Source: Octopus bimaculoides (Eukaryota). From it: a DNA stretch of 35,218 nt. Positions 33,291-35,218 of the stretch are shown in pieces. The translations under genes were made by a program, and so were the position numbers. Under the pieces are notes generated by a model, which was given only the letters and a program-made list of their open reading frames with translations, had not been told where the DNA came from and made no database searches. The stretch spans positions 63,380,948 through 63,416,165 of the forward strand of contig NC_068986.1 of assembly GCF_001194135.2 (NCBI RefSeq), read 5' to 3'. The number at the start of each line of letters is the position of its first letter. Within the stretch, counting starts at the first letter, position 1.

Positions 33291-34886
33291 TGCACCTACA
33301 CGCATGCACACACACACACACACACACATAAAACCATCTTTTCACATTTGGATCAGAAGGAGTATGTTGCGGAAGATTTTCTGTAGCTAGATGCCTTCCT
33401 GTCACCATACCTCTTTTGTATCCAAACAAGGTCATATTTCTCTTTGACCTGGATTGGAAATGAATGACACCTCTTTTATGATGCAACATGAAGATTAGGC
33501 AACACACACGCACGTATAATAGGCTTCTTTCAATTTCAGTTTACCAATTCCAACTCACAACATTGTTAGGAAATGAACCTTTTAACCTCACAGCTATACA
33601 TACACACACACACATAGAGGATATGTAATGAGACTGTTGAATATCAGGTGTTGCTAAGTTAAGATAAGAAGAGCCACATATATATTTTGGATAAATTATA
33701 AGAAAACGCATGCGTGCACAAAATTTACATAGTATAAATTTCTAAGATTCTTTCATTTCTACCTCTCTATAGTATAGTATTTTAGGAAGCTCAGTATTAT
33801 CGTGGTGACTGCACATTATGACTTCAAGAGCTGCATGCAGCTTGAAGGCCACACTTTGGCCTCTGTTGATGAATATCAAGAAAATATCTCAGAGGAATAT
33901 TCTACATATTTAATATAAAATCAGTAGGTCTTACGTATGTAATATACAGAAGTAGAGAAACTTAGGTTTACAGGTTATTATACATGCAATTAATTGACAA
34001 ATCTCCCTGAGAAACTAAAATTAACAAGGGAGATAATACCACCTAGATCTATATACAGATTTTCTACATTTTCTAAACATTTTAATCGATTTTATTGGAG
34101 TTAACTCCCTTGCTTCTCTTTTTAAGATTTCAAGTTCTCTCAGAGGGAGTATTGTTTAAGTTTTTCAACTTTCTTTATTTAATATGTGAGACCCTACCAT
34201 ATATAAGTGATATACTTTTACTTACTAATCAGTTGTATAGTCAACTTTATATGACTCTCTAAAACTGGTATCTGTATGTTTTATAATAACAATTCTGCAA
34301 AATGGAGAATATATTCAACTTTACTGGCTTACTAATGTCTGTATTCAATTTTATACCACTCTCTGCTAAGTGGTGTAAATGTTTGACAATATTTTCTAAT
34401 ACTTGATGTGTATATTCACTTTTAAAACATTTATATTTGCTGATGTATGTGTGTAATTTTTGTTTCACAAGATTTTTTATGTACAAACATGTTGAAACCT
34501 ATAATTGTATTTTTGCAGGGTCATTATGCTACTGAAAACATGTTATTTGTAATTAACATTTTTATTACCCATTAATTGATTTAGTATCCTTTTGCAGTAC
34601 AACTGTAGCTTTGTCATTGATCTCTCAGAATTAATTTTAAAATCAAATTGTTGTAGAACAAGATTAATTATATATGCTGATTAAGAGATGTGTGGTTGTG
34701 GCTAGGTTAAAACTGAATAAGACATAATTGTAATCCTTCACTTATCAGACCTGCATGTTCATTGTGTGAATTGCTCTTGTATGCTCTACAGCATGTTGAG
34801 TAACTTTTCTAACTTTTGTCTTGTTTATTAGTTTGTATATTCTTAAAATGTGGTAATATGTATCTATCTTAATATATATATATATA

Positions 34887-35218
34887 GAGGAGAAGTTTCA
34901 GGTGTGGAAGCAAGGTCTAGAATTGAAGGGCCTTAGAGTCAACCTAGCTAAAACCAAAATCCTAATAAGTAGGAAGGTAGATAAAACACAAACCCCTTCA
35001 GGTAGATGGCCCTGCTCAGTATGTAGAAAAGGAGTAGGTAGTAACTCTATAAGATGTACCCGGTGCAAGCTATGGACACATAAGAGGTGCAGCAACATCA
35101 AAGGCAGGTTAACTAGCAAGTTAGTTTTTGTTTGTGGCAGATGTTCAGGTGCAATAAAGACTGCAAACAAACAGGAAACAACTTCTATCTCATTCCAGGG
35201 TGAAAAACTAGAGGTAGT
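34887..35218 (+). mobile_element. RTE-clade LINE, 5'-truncated within RT, running off the window; frame open for 110 codons
   Basis: EEKFQVWKQGLELKGLRVNLAKTKILIS...WPCSVCRKGVGSNSIRCTRCKLWTHKRC...FVCGRC...QGEKLEV; begins directly after (TA)n. Confidence 0.88.

Noticed and set aside
34519-34548. Possible 30-nt micro-exon GHYATENMLF (ttttgcag / gtaatt)
   Set aside because: Such site pairs are expected by chance in AT-rich DNA, and the peptide has no Tuba similarity I can recognise.

Overview
AT-rich, microsatellite-rich animal genomic DNA. The repeat families look like those I recall from Octopus; this is unverified. The window holds 11 internal coding exons of a + strand DNMBP/Tuba-family RhoGEF (6727-28383). 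They splice with GT-AG sites and consistent phases into 525 uninterrupted codons encoding a DH domain followed directly by a BAR domain. The N-terminal exons and C-terminal SH3 exons were not found. The introns contain two mariner relics with TIRs and TA target duplications, several RTE LINE fragments, two tRNA-derived SINE families, a TTAA-flanked MITE, microsatellites and a 619-nt assembly gap. The most notable signal is six or seven type I hammerhead-ribozyme (HHR) motifs. Four lie in two homologous, non-coding units of about 360 nt and about 309 nt, arranged as tandem plus inverted copies. The two unit families share flanking sequence but have different helix I/II/III sequences, each with a palindromic helix III. 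This fits non-autonomous Penelope-type or retrozyme-like elements. All calls were made by eye; no searches or folding were run.
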